Made by a program: the position numbers and the translations under genes | Source: Mesotaenium endlicherianum | Taxonomy: Eukaryota | Direction of reading: 5' to 3' | NCBI GenBank assembly: GCA_009602735.1 | Contig: WELA01000281.1 | Location: 32,412-86,906 of the forward strand | DNA length: 54,495 nt | In this document: piece by piece, positions 1-11,300 of the stretch | Numbering within the stretch: position 1 is the stretch's first letter | Layout: each line of letters starts with the position of its first letter | Notes under the pieces: generated by a model | The model's input: the letters and a program-made list of their open reading frames with translations, nothing else | What the model was told of the DNA's origin: nothing | The model's database searches: none

Positions 1-68
1 CGGTTCTTGGATGCCACCCCTCCTTTACTCCAAAAATCTCCACCCTAAATTCAGAGTTGCTCGCGCAC

Positions 69-3000
69 CTGCTTCTGGCAGTGGTAGCGGCGGCGCGAGC
101 AATCGTCGCCGCACGAATTGCAATGGTACTCGACAGCTGGCCCCCGCATGGCGGTCGCCGCCGCCCGCACCGCTGACTCAGCGGCGGCGAGCCCCGCCTG
201 GCTCTTGCGCGTCGCCAGCCTGGCGCTCAGGAAGTTGGGCGGCGGCGGCTGCGACGGGGCGGTGCCAGCTGGCGCTGGGGGAGCGCTCTGCTTGCTCTGG
301 TGCGCTGCGCGCGGCTGCTCGAAGCGGAAGAGGGCGTCGGCCGCGGGCTCGACAGCTGGCGCCACCACGCGGATGCCACTGGGGGCCGACTCCACCAGCG
401 GCACCGGCATGGCTGTACAAGGCACGTGCGCGCGCACCACACACACACACACACACACGCACACACACACACACACGCACACACACACACACACACACAC
501 AGACACACTCGTATGTGGGGTACAGCGGGAGCGAGAACGTCGCAACTCCTGCGATTCTTCAGGGACCAGTACCTGCGCGTCAGCGCATTCAGGCCTTTCT
601 GCAGCGTGCAAGTCCTATGTATGTGCACACATGCACAGCCACACAGACATGATTGCAGCGGCAGCCACACGGTCGACTGCCATGCCGCAGCACCAGCGCT
701 GTACGAGATAGTGAGGAGCACTCACGTTTGAGGCACGCTTGCCTACGTGCATGCACGCGCGTTACGCGCACGCACATGCAGCCTGTGGGGTGAGGCTGCG
801 CATACTTAAGTCAACCTCGCATGTCCCACGCACGCGCGCGCGCACACACAACACACACACACACACACACACACACACCTCATGCAAGAGTCCCGAAAGC
901 CATAGCTCCGGAACCAGGACATACTTAGTGCAGCCGTGCCCGCCCCGCTAACACCCCCACCTGTCCGACACACACGGACATCCTCCTTGCGCAAGCGTGC
1001 CGGTAAACGGGTTCCAAGCATTATCCTCAGAGTGAGGGCCAATTATGGATCAACATATTCAGGAAAGGGGGGAGGTAGAAGGGGGGGGGTGAGTATGCAA
1101 GGGGGGTGAACATGGGGGATGAGCAAGAGGAAGAGGGGAGGCGGCGAGAGAGGAGTGGGGTGTGAGCAAGAGGGAGAGGGGAGAGGCGGGGAGGAAGGAG
1201 AGAGAAGAGAGGAGAGGGGAGGCAGGGAAAGGAAGAAAGGAAGCGCAGGCAGGGGAGGCAGGAGAGGCAGAGGCGCTACACCTGCCCAGGCGGGAGGCAG
1301 GAGAGGCTTGGAGGCCAGCTCGGGGCCCGCAGCAGAAATGTGGAGAGGGACGCAGGTGAGAGAGAGGAGTCATAGAGAGAGGTTACAAATCTGACCCAGG
1401 CGGGGGAGGCTTGGAGGCCGCCTCAAAGAGTGGGGTTGGGGGGGAAGAGAGGGGGGGGGGTGAGCAAGAGAAAGAGGGGCATCAGCAAGGGGAGGGGAGG
1501 TGGAGGAATGAGAAGAGGGGGGGCCCGGACCTGCCCAGGCGGGCGGCTTGGAGGCGGGCTCGGGCGCGGGGTGGTAGTTGATGATGCCCCAGTGGTCGAG
1601 GAAGTCGAAGATGCGGCGCAGCGCGTTGACGTCGCCCACGAGGCTCTTGCGCGCATCGGTGAAGGTGAGCGCGCGCGCGGGGCTCTCGCGGGAGCGCGCC
1701 ACCAGGTAGTCGCGGATGTCCTTGTAGATGGCGGGGCTCTTGGAGGGCGTGCGCCCGTCGAAAAACTCCGGCAGCGCCTTGCGCTCCAGGGGGTGGATTG
1801 CGCCCCACGAGAACCAGCCTGGCAGGAGAGACCGCGGGGGCGAGAGCGTTAGCGGTGCGCGTGTGTGTGTTGGGGGGAGGGGAGGGGCGGGTAGATTGCG
1901 CCCCACAAAAAACAGCCTGGCAGTAGAGAGAGAGAGCGTGGGGGAGAGCGTTGAGCGGTGCGTGTGCGCGTGTATGTATGTTTGTGTGTCTGTGTGCGTG
2001 TGTGTGTGTGTGTGAGGGGGGGAGGGAGGAAAANTTGTGTATTAGGGCCAGGCAAGAAAGAGGAAAACTCTTGAAGGAAGGGGGGAAGAGGGGGCAAAGG
2101 AAGGAAAGCGAGGGAGGCCAAGGTCAGAGTGGCCAAAGCCCGGGGATGGATGGGCATGAGGCTGGGAGGAGGGGGCCGGAGAGAGTAAGGTAAGGTAGGG
2201 GGAGTCGTCAAACAGAGGCAACCGTTGCTCTAAAGGCAACCGTTGCTCTAAAGGCAACCGTTGCTCTGCACCCACCATGCTTCAATGCGAACCATGCCCT
2301 AATGGAACCCGTGCTCTAACGCGTGACAGATGGCCTGATGTGTACCCCGTGCACTGATGCGTGCCTTGTACGTTAATGCGTGACTTGTGCTCTTACGAGA
2401 CTCAGTTCAGCTGCAACGTGACCCATGCACTCCAACGCGCGAACCATACTCCGATGCAACCCAGGCGCGAGTGTGAAGAGCCCCCCCTGCCGCCCCCACC
2501 TGCATGGCTTGGCACTCTGTAGACCTCCATGCTCGGCTGCTGCGGCTGCTGCTGCTGCTGCTGCGCCTGCCTGGGTTCCACTCCCCCACCATTCCCAGAC
2601 GCTCCACCTCTGCCCGCAGCAGGGGCAGCTCCGCCCCCCCCAGGGGGGGGGGCTGCAACGCCAGGTGTTGCCTCGACAACAACTGCTGCCGCCGCTGCCG
2701 CGGCAGAGGTGGCCGGGGCCGCCGTGTCTACGGCTGGTGCCACCACCTGCCCAAGGTGGGAGATGTTTTCGATCGTGGCCGGCGGCAGGTGTGGCGCGCC
2801 GGCTGGTCCGGCTCCGGAGGCGGCCGCCGGCACGTCGCCAGCTGGCGGCCAGCCGGCCCCGGACCCCGCCCTTGCGAGAGCTGTTACAGAGTCGTGTGGC
2901 TGGTTCACCACCTGCTTGACGACATGTGGCACCCTGGAGATCGTCTCCCCCTTGCCCGGGTACACCTGTCAGCTCCCCAATCAGCCCACACGCCCGTCTA

Positions 3001-5635
3001 TCTGCTTCAGATGTATATAAAAATGGCAAGATCAATATGACAGTTAGGGCTACTCTTACGGGATACCATAACATTAGTACAACCGCAGGTTCTCTGTTTT
3101 TGCTTTTAAACCTAGGCCGAGGCTTTTGGATTAGAATTAGGCTAAAAATATGTATGACATAAACACAGCGTGCATTCGCTTGGCTCCCATATGCCCGCAG
3201 CGCTGCAGGTATAAAAATTCTCTCATCTCTCTCTCAACTCCACGAAAACCCTTCAACCCCTCCCCCTTCATCCACCCTCCTTGGGAGGGCAAGAGACCCC
3301 CCATCCCCGCCCCCACACGTGCCCTAAGTTCCCTCCCCTGCAGGCATTCACAACTCCCCTTCCAGTCCCGCATTGATTTTCACTTTTCTGGAGTGCTACG
3401 GACAAAAAAGGACCACTCCAGCGGTGTCCCACTGCCCCACATAGTCTCTCTCTGAGACACAACGGTCTTAAGATTCAGGCACCCCGTCGGTCCACCCACA
3501 ACTTTCTCTGAGGGGGGCAACGAACCAAGAAGGGAGCACCTCCAGCTGCTACCTATTGGCACACCCCCTACGCTACCCACCTCTCCTCCGGAACCAGTGG
3601 TGAGCCAAAAAGGAGCACCTCCAGCAATGCTCTGCTGACACACCCACCCAAAGCTCTTCTATGCACCCCTTCTCTTGAGAACAAGGAGGCCAATCAAGAA
3701 AGAGCGTCTCCAGCGGCTCCCTGTCTGTCGGCACACCCGCGCGTTTCCAATACCCGCTACTTCTCTGGAGCGCCACGAGCCAGATAGGACTCAGAATATA
3801 GGCGTCTAACCGGTACACTTGACTCCTCTGCCAGTAAGCCCAAAGCGCCAAATAGGGCTCAGGGCTTAGGTGTCTAGTCAGAACACTTGACTCCTCCTCT
3901 ACCCTCTACTTTCCTACCCAAGACTTCTTTGGAGTGCAGCAAGGCAGAGGAAGCACCTCCAGTGGGGCACCGTCAGTAAACCCGCTACTCTTCTGGAGAG
4001 GGCTGGGGGTTTAGACACACCGTCGTAATACCCGCTGCTCTTCTACCCCTTACTTCTCTGAAGTGCAACAAGCCAAAGTTAAAGAGGGAGCACCTACCTC
4101 CAGCGGGGCCCCGTCGGGCCCCAGGGGCAAGGGCCCTGCAGGCGGCGAGGGCGCAAGAGGCGGGCGGCGGCGTGCCTCGTCGTCGCTAGTGGCGGCTGCC
4201 GAGATCGAGATCGACGGCGGAGAGGACGCGTGCTTGCGCTTGGGGGCGGCTCCTCTGGCCCGGGTCTCCTCCTCTGAGGGCTCCATGGGATCGCTTGCTT
4301 CGGGGCCTGCTGAGGCCTCCCCCCCTGGACCCCCCCCACCCCCGTTCCCACCTGACCCGCCAGACCCGCCAGACTGGCTCTTGGTGATGGCAAACGCGTC
4401 GCCCTTTCTCGTCAGCTTCAGCCTCAGCCCTGTTCACACCAGGGACAGTAATGTTATGATAAGGCCAAGGGGAGGGTGAGGGTGAGCGAACATAGAGGAG
4501 AGCAAGGCCAGTGAGGGAAGGTAGCTACCTCACGCAAAAGTTAGGGTTAGGGTTTGGGTTGGCAGCTTGCTAGCATGGGACAGGCACAGATTGTAGAAGG
4601 ATACAAACGAGTCAAGTGGCGCGTGCTTAGGCGTTTTGTATTTCTTTTCACTGCGAGCTAAATACTGAATGCAGTGGCATCTTATTACACTAGCTGATAA
4701 TTTGATTCATACGCTAGGTCTTTTTCATCATTGAAGGTGAATTGTGATGTCAAACAGGGACAAAAGCATGTATCATATCTTCATTGCTTCCACTACTCTA
4801 CTCCAAAGAGTGGTAAGAGAAGAGCTAAGTGAAGTAGAGATAGTTGTGTCCTGTGCTCTACCTAAACATAGAAGTCACGACTTGAAGACAGTGTTCAAAG
4901 GAGGATAATATATATATCCAACACGTTTACAACTCAAATCTGTGACAAAAGTTTTCTTCTGCTGTACATCAAAACAATAAAGTGCTCACTGATGTGCGGA
5001 TCTCTTTCACGAGATTTATTACATGGCATTATACCAATGCAAATTACACTCACATACAAAAACGCGCGCACCAACTCCTCCGCGTGAACCCTAATTTGCG
5101 GTAAACTATTACAGTGGTAGGTGAATCATACACTTGGTTTCGTCACTAGCAACTGTTTCTGCCTACTAAGTTTGAGCTCCAGCTCACGATCCTCGATTAT
5201 ATCAATCATCCCTGAAAGATGAACAGTCTAGTGGCGACCCGGAGAGTAGCTTCATCACGCTTTAAGACACTCAAACGTGTCATTTTACGATCCTCTGAGT
5301 GTAGCACACATGGCCGAGCCTTGACCAGAATCATGAGACAATGAGCTGCAGGGTGTTAGGCCAAGGAAAATGTGCAATCCGCAGATGTGGCAGTTTATTG
5401 GGATACACAGACTCAAGAAAGCAATGTGTCGCGTGTTTTCGTCTATTCTCGTCCAATCAAGTCCGCTTTGCCCATTTGAGCTGGAGTCATGCAGAGGGGA
5501 AAAATGGGACGTCGTGGCCTTGCCTGGAATCCTATCATCAGCACCGTCACCGCCCTCCCCTGCCTCGTCGCTGTCTTGATCTTTCTTTCTCTTCTTACCC
5601 ACGCCACTCACATCGCTGCTCTGTAGCTCGCTCAT
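69..5635 (-). CDS. SWI3C: SWI/SNF chromatin-remodelling subunit, SWI3C/SWI3D type (SWIRM + ZZ zinc finger); 5' part, continues past the left edge
   Basis: Phase-consistent exons 5524-5635 (GC donor), 4098-4429, 2500-2965, 1531-1818, 69-412. Encodes VPHVVKQVVNQPHDSV...IENISHLGQ, the SWIRM domain (VPSHA/GWFSWGAIHPLERKALPEFFDG...VGDVNALRRIFDFLDHWGIINY) and the start of a ZZ finger (GPAVEYHCNSCGDDCSRRRYHCQKQ). The C versus D subfamily is not resolved. Confidence 0.9.
1531..1818 (-). CDS. SWI3C: SWI3 exon 4, SWIRM domain core
   Basis: ccag|GC TGG TTC... to GCA G|gtccgg; WFSWGAIHPLERKALPEFF...FDFLDHWGIINY is the canonical SWIRM signature. Confidence 0.93.
2216..2267. repeat. 18-bp tandem repeat x3 (aggcaaccgttgctctaa)
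   Basis: Three near-perfect adjacent copies in SWI3 intron 3. Confidence 0.9.
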
Positions 5636-5983
5636 ACTGTTAAAAGTTGCTTAGGTGAGCAACTGCAAATCGACGCAGAGAGGAAATGACACACACACCC
5701 TCTTCCCTTGCGACTACCATTAACGATCAGATTCTGAAATGAAACGCAGTTCGCTGGCTCCTTCACGAGGAGCAAGCTACGTCCACGCGGTACGTATATT
5801 AGTTTCTAAGCTCTAGCTGTAAGCAAACTTCAAACCTGAGCAAAAAGATGATAATCGAGGAAGCTCAATTTCCCGTCGCACGCAAGCTAGTAGCCAAAAG
5901 GCGCCAAATCTGCTTCAGTTTGTTTCATGGCGGGTTGTGTCGAGTCGCGACAGGAGCTACACTTCCAACTTCAAACAGTGAGG

Positions 5984-6078
5984 CGTGACGTTAAATTTTC
6001 TGACGTGACGTTACCGTTGACGAAGACCCTTTCGTACAGGTAGTTGCTCACCGGAGCTCTGATCCAATCAGGATCAGA
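5984..6078. promoter_or_regulatory. Putative SWI3 upstream elements
   Basis: Clustered TGACG motifs (cgtgacgtta twice) at 5984-6022. The inverted repeat tctgatcc-aatca-ggatcaga at 6058-6078 contains CCAAT. These lie about 350-440 nt upstream of the ATG. Confidence 0.3.
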
Positions 6079-6974
6079 ACATCTTCCATGCAGCATGCTA
6101 GCTGCAAGTGCCTTCTTCCCATCGGACATCATATAGACAGCATCCTGTTACATAACCCCACCTTATTGGTGCTCGTTTAGGGTGGACTTCTTCACATAAA
6201 ATTTCAACAGCTTATCAAATAACGTAGGACCGTCTGACATGGAGTTTTTGGACAAGAAGTACGAGCAGTGTAATGCAAAAAGGTGGCAGAGTTCTTGGGG
6301 GTTTTTATGTTACTTAGGCCCTTGAAATTCACAAGAGGCAAAGGGGGGGTGGAGGGGAGCGAGGTTGTTATGGGGCAACAAAAGGCCAATGTGTTCCTCT
6401 TATTGCCATTGCCATGGTATATGGTTTGGCTCAAATAGACTAGCTTCATTATCCGCGTTGACAATAGTGATTTCTTTCATGCCTCTGATTATCACCAGAA
6501 ACTGCACGTCAATTAAGTTCAGCTTCAGGCTTCGGATGAATCTTGAGGAAATTATGGTCACCATCGCACCAAATTCTGCACTGCTTTTCCATATGCTTCT
6601 GACTCCACACTGCTTCTAGCTTTGGAGTCTTGGTTGTGGCCGCGGTTCTGCTTCAAGTGATGTAACGAACAGGGAGTCGACCAACCTTGGTAAAAGAGGA
6701 TACGATGCATAACTCGCCTGTGTGCGCTCAAGTTCACATCAAAGTGTTCAAATAATATATCATCATCGTTTGCGCCAGCAAGCACGCAGCTTTAAGGTGC
6801 TGAAAGGCAGGCTTAGGTTTTTTACAGGGCTAGGGTTGCTGATTGAGCTTTCCTCCTAAGCGAAAGCGAGACATAGATATCTATGCCTGCTCCTGAGAAA
6901 TTATTTGTACGACCCATATCTATCACATTACAAGACAAACTTATTACAAAATAACTATGGAATAAATATAACAA

Positions 6975-7681
6975 CTAGTTTTCCTTGTCTTCAGTCGACT
7001 GCGTTCTAAACCCAAGAGAGAACAGCCTTTTTATACTAGGAGCAGCTGCGGCACTCTCTTTTGTAACACTACCTGTCGCAGCAGTGGAGGGGGAGGTCTC
7101 TAGGGCATCTTTATTTCTCCCCAGGGGGAGCAGAGGGCTCCTCGTGGAGAAGAGCAGGGGGCTTGGCGAAGGTGCCGAGTGGGGGTGGGGGGCCTTTGCT
7201 GTCGTGCCACTTGGCGGCCTGAGAGGGCTCGGTGCTGGCTGTAACTTGAGCAGAGCCTCAGATCGCACCAAGTATGAGTTCTTCTGCGTTAGCTCCCGCA
7301 CCTGCACAGGAAAAGTTGCAGCAGGATGAAATAATGTGCCAAGTAAGTCGTTGTTCAAGGGCGCACGCGTGGGCACGCACGCGCGCGCGCGCACACACGT
7401 ATATGCTTGTACAGGCATATATGTACCTCAATAAAAATTGCTAGTGTAAGCAGGCTCATTTTAAAGTTATCTTTGGGCGTACTCTCTTTCAAGAACACAG
7501 GCCAAATCATAACCACAAAAACAGTTTGATGCAGCAAAATGTAACCCTGATCATACGTGTCCACAGTTTCCTATGTACACCCCCCCAAATGCACATTCCC
7601 CTCCCAAGTGACACGCCTCATATCACACTCACACGCCCTCACTCGCTCGCACGCACACACACAGACAGGTGCACACGCACA

Positions 7682-7740
<59 letters not shown>

Positions 7741-8343
7741 NNNNNNNNNNNNNNNNNNNNNNNNNNNNNNNNNNNNNNNNNNNNNNNNNNNNNNNNNNNN
7801 NNNNNNNNNNNNNNNNNNNNNNNNNNNNNNNNNNNNNNNNNNNNNNNNNNNNNNNNNNNNNNNNNNNNNNNNNNNNNNNNNNNNNNNNNNNNNNNNNNNN
7901 NNNNNNNNNNNNNNNNNNNNNNNNNNNNNNNNNNNNNNNNNNNNNNNNNNNNNNNNNNNNNNNNNNNNNNNNNNNNNNNNNNNNNNNNNNNNNNNNNNNN
8001 NNNNNNNNNNNNNNNNNNNNNNNNNNNNNNNNNNNNNNNNNNNNNNNNNNNNNNNNNNNNNNNNNNNNNNNNNNNNNNNNNNNNNNNNNNNNNNNNNNNN
8101 NNNNNNNNNNNNNNNNNNNNNNNNNNNNNNNNNNNNNNNNNNNNNNNNNNNNNNNNNNNNNNNNNNNNNNNNNNNNNNNNNNNNNNNNNNNNNNNNNNNN
8201 NNNNNNNNNNNNNNNNNNNNNNNNNNNNNNNNNNNNNNNNNNNNNNNNNNNNNNNNNNNNNNNNNNNNNNNNNNNNNNNNNNNNNNNNNNNNNNNNNNNN
8301 NNNNNNNNNNNNNNNNNNNNNNNNNNNNNNNNNNNNNNNNNNN

Positions 8344-8389
<46 letters not shown>

Positions 8390-11300
8390 CGCACGCACGC
8401 ACGCACGTACATGTGCGTGCACACCTCAACTTCCACGTGGACACCCCGCGTGCAGCACCCGTAGACAAACCAGCGGCACGCTTCAAACCAGCAACAGCGA
8501 GCGCGCGCACTACGCACCTCCGCCAGCAGCTGGGCCTTCTCGCCCTTGAGCTTTCGGATGGTCTCTTCCAGTGAGGCCGCCTTGGTCACCACCTTTTCCT
8601 GGCGGTACGTCGCAAGGTCCAGCCGGAACTCCATGTCCTTCATCTCCTCGTGCGCGTCGAACGCGGCCACGTTGCCGCCGTTGCCCGCCACCATGGCCCT
8701 AAGCTCGCCATACTTGAGCTCCAGGTTGCAGTGCTGCAGATTTGCGTTCACACACACACACAAACATACGCAGAGAGAGACGCGGAGGACGTTGGGTCCT
8801 TCAGCTCAGAAAGCGCATGAGTGATGGGTGCTCGAGCCCCAGGTTGCAGTGTCGCAGTCACGCGCGCGAGCACACACACATCCACAAACACGCGCGCGGA
8901 GAGGGAGAGATATACACACACAGAGAGAGGAACACACGCATGCACAGGGGCAGGTGCGCGCGCACGAACACTCACACGTAAAGCCCGCCACATCACCTCA
9001 GAGAATTAATGGATTCCTGAGGGTCAGGAGATAGCATGCGGGGCTGCATCAGTGCCCACAACTCGCGCACGCACTCACACAGACAAACGCACAACGGGCT
9101 TGATTTTTACATATATACAACAACAATATGTATATATGTCTATCACACATATAGGACCTATGTGTATATATGTATATACATACAGTGCATACATATCAGG
9201 AAAGTCACGGGGATGTGCGACGGTGCTTGAGCTCCCCTGACTTCAGCACTTGCTGCGCGCGCGCATGCATCGTCCAGATGTAGGCGGCGTGCATAGGGTG
9301 ACACACACCGCAGATCGATGCGTCCCAGAGGAACAAAACACTATACGCCGACATAGCAGCCGGTTCGTCGACTCCAACAGTCGCCGCCAGCCCATCTGCG
9401 GTGCGCTGTTTATGGCCGGCCATTGCAAGACCTCGCGCATGCGACAAATCAAACATGCACAAAGCATACAGCACAAGCACACGCACATGCACAGCACAGA
9501 GAGGGCATGCGCATACTACAAGACAGACAGGGGGACAGAGGGCTTACGGAAGGAAACGGCGATGACGCGGAACATGGAGAGGAAGGGAATGCCAGGTGGC
9601 ACAAGGGCGGAGCCTCATTTGACGCGAGGGTCTCGGGGCGCAGTTTGGGCTAGGGTTTGGGTTTGCTTGTTGAGCTCACCTGCAGCTTCAGGTCTTTGAG
9701 CTCCCTCTTGAGCATCTCGTACTTGGCGCGCGTCTGAGCCAAAGCTGCTGCTGCTGCCACGTCACCTGCCGGAGACGCCTGCGTGGCAACCGGTGGGCGT
9801 GCCACCTGGTGCTCCTCCGGCCGCCTGCTTGCCGCCGCGTCAAGATGCTCCTCCCCCTTCTCCTCGGCCTGCCACGTGGATGGCCAGCCTCGCTTGAGAT
9901 AAATCTCAAGACAATCTAAAACCGAATGCACTTACAACAAAAGGCACCCAGCCACTCCAGCCAGCCATCTGCTCCCCACCACACCAAAAACATAACCATC
10001 CCAGCCTGGTTGCCCCAGCCTAGCTACACAAGCAGCCACCCACACCGCCAGCAAGAGTGCGCGCTTGCGCCAGCAAGAATGTGCGCGAGTCCGCATGCAC
10101 GTGTGCACTCATGGGCAAGTGCGTGCACTTGCGGGAGCGCGCATGCGCCCCCCCNNNNNNNNNNNNNNNNNNNNNNNNNNNNNNNNNNCCCCCCCCCCCC
10201 CCCCCCCCTTCCATCACGCATGCCTAAGAGTTTGATTGTACCTTTGAATTACTGGCATCTGTTGAGTGGGCCGGCTCCCGCGCTCTCAGCTTCGTCAACT
10301 CTTCCCTCCACGCCTGCACCACATGTGTGTGGCAAACACGGGTCACCTTGTGAGCTAGCCGCCACAAGCGACACCTGTCCCTCTTTGAGTCTCATGGGCA
10401 ACTGTTATCGCTCTTTACATTCATCAGGCTCCCCCTCCAATCGTGAGGAAGGATGATTGTCCCATGCTGTTGGTCAGTCGGAGAGTCAGGCAGTCGCTTG
10501 ATTGGTCAGTCATCTAGTTAGTCAGTCAGTCAGCCAGTCAGCCAGTCAGTCAGTCGGCCAGTCAGTCAGTCAGCCAGCCAGTCAGCCAGTCAGCCAGCCA
10601 GTCAGTCATGCAGTCAGCCAGTCAGCCAGCCTGGCAATCAGTCGGCCAGTCAACCAGCCAGTCAGTCAGTCAGCCAGTCAGTTAGCCAGTAAGTCAATCA
10701 GCGAGTCTGTCAATCGGTTGGTCATCCAGTCAGTCGGTTTGCGAGTCAGAGCAAGACAATCATGTATGAAAAATGGCAGGGCCATATGAGTATGACAGAG
10801 TCATCACCTGAATGAAGATGAAAGTACGATGACAAATCCAAGTGGGAGCCCTTTGTTGCATGAGTAAATATTACATATATGTACACACGTATAGTGTATA
10901 CGCATGGGTACCACATATACCCGTATAAGAATAAAAGGTTTCAAGTCTGAAGGTGGGAGCTTTGTAGGTGACACCGAGAAGGAGACAGCCGTAAATGGCC
11001 CGAGTTGTGCCACATGTCAGCAAAAGCATGCATACCCACCCGCACAGCAGTTGCAACAGCGTACGGTCAGAGCCCAGCAACAACAGCCACAAGGACCCGA
11101 AGCAACCGTTGGCAACCCCGAGCGACAATAAGCCCGAAATCCTATAAAAGAAGAAAGCAAACTGAATACCAACCTGCTACTACATAGACCCCCGTCTATG
11201 CTGAACCCTAATTCTTGAAGTCAATCCAACGTGGACCCTAACCCTATGTGGTTTGAGGGGAGTTGGAGGGGGAAGGGGACCACCTTAGCGCGCTCGAGCT

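Noticed and set aside
500..572. Extra SWI3 exon after acgcgcag at about 572
   Set aside because: Exon 4 joins exon 5 in phase without it, and it has no convincing donor or homology.
11..951. HTHT/CVCV-rich ORFs here and throughout the window
   Set aside because: Translations of (CA)n and related microsatellites in introns.
7526..8574. Long ORFs spanning N runs (also 37882-38511 and 41548-42379)
   Set aside because: They are open only because of assembly gaps and GA/CA microsatellites.
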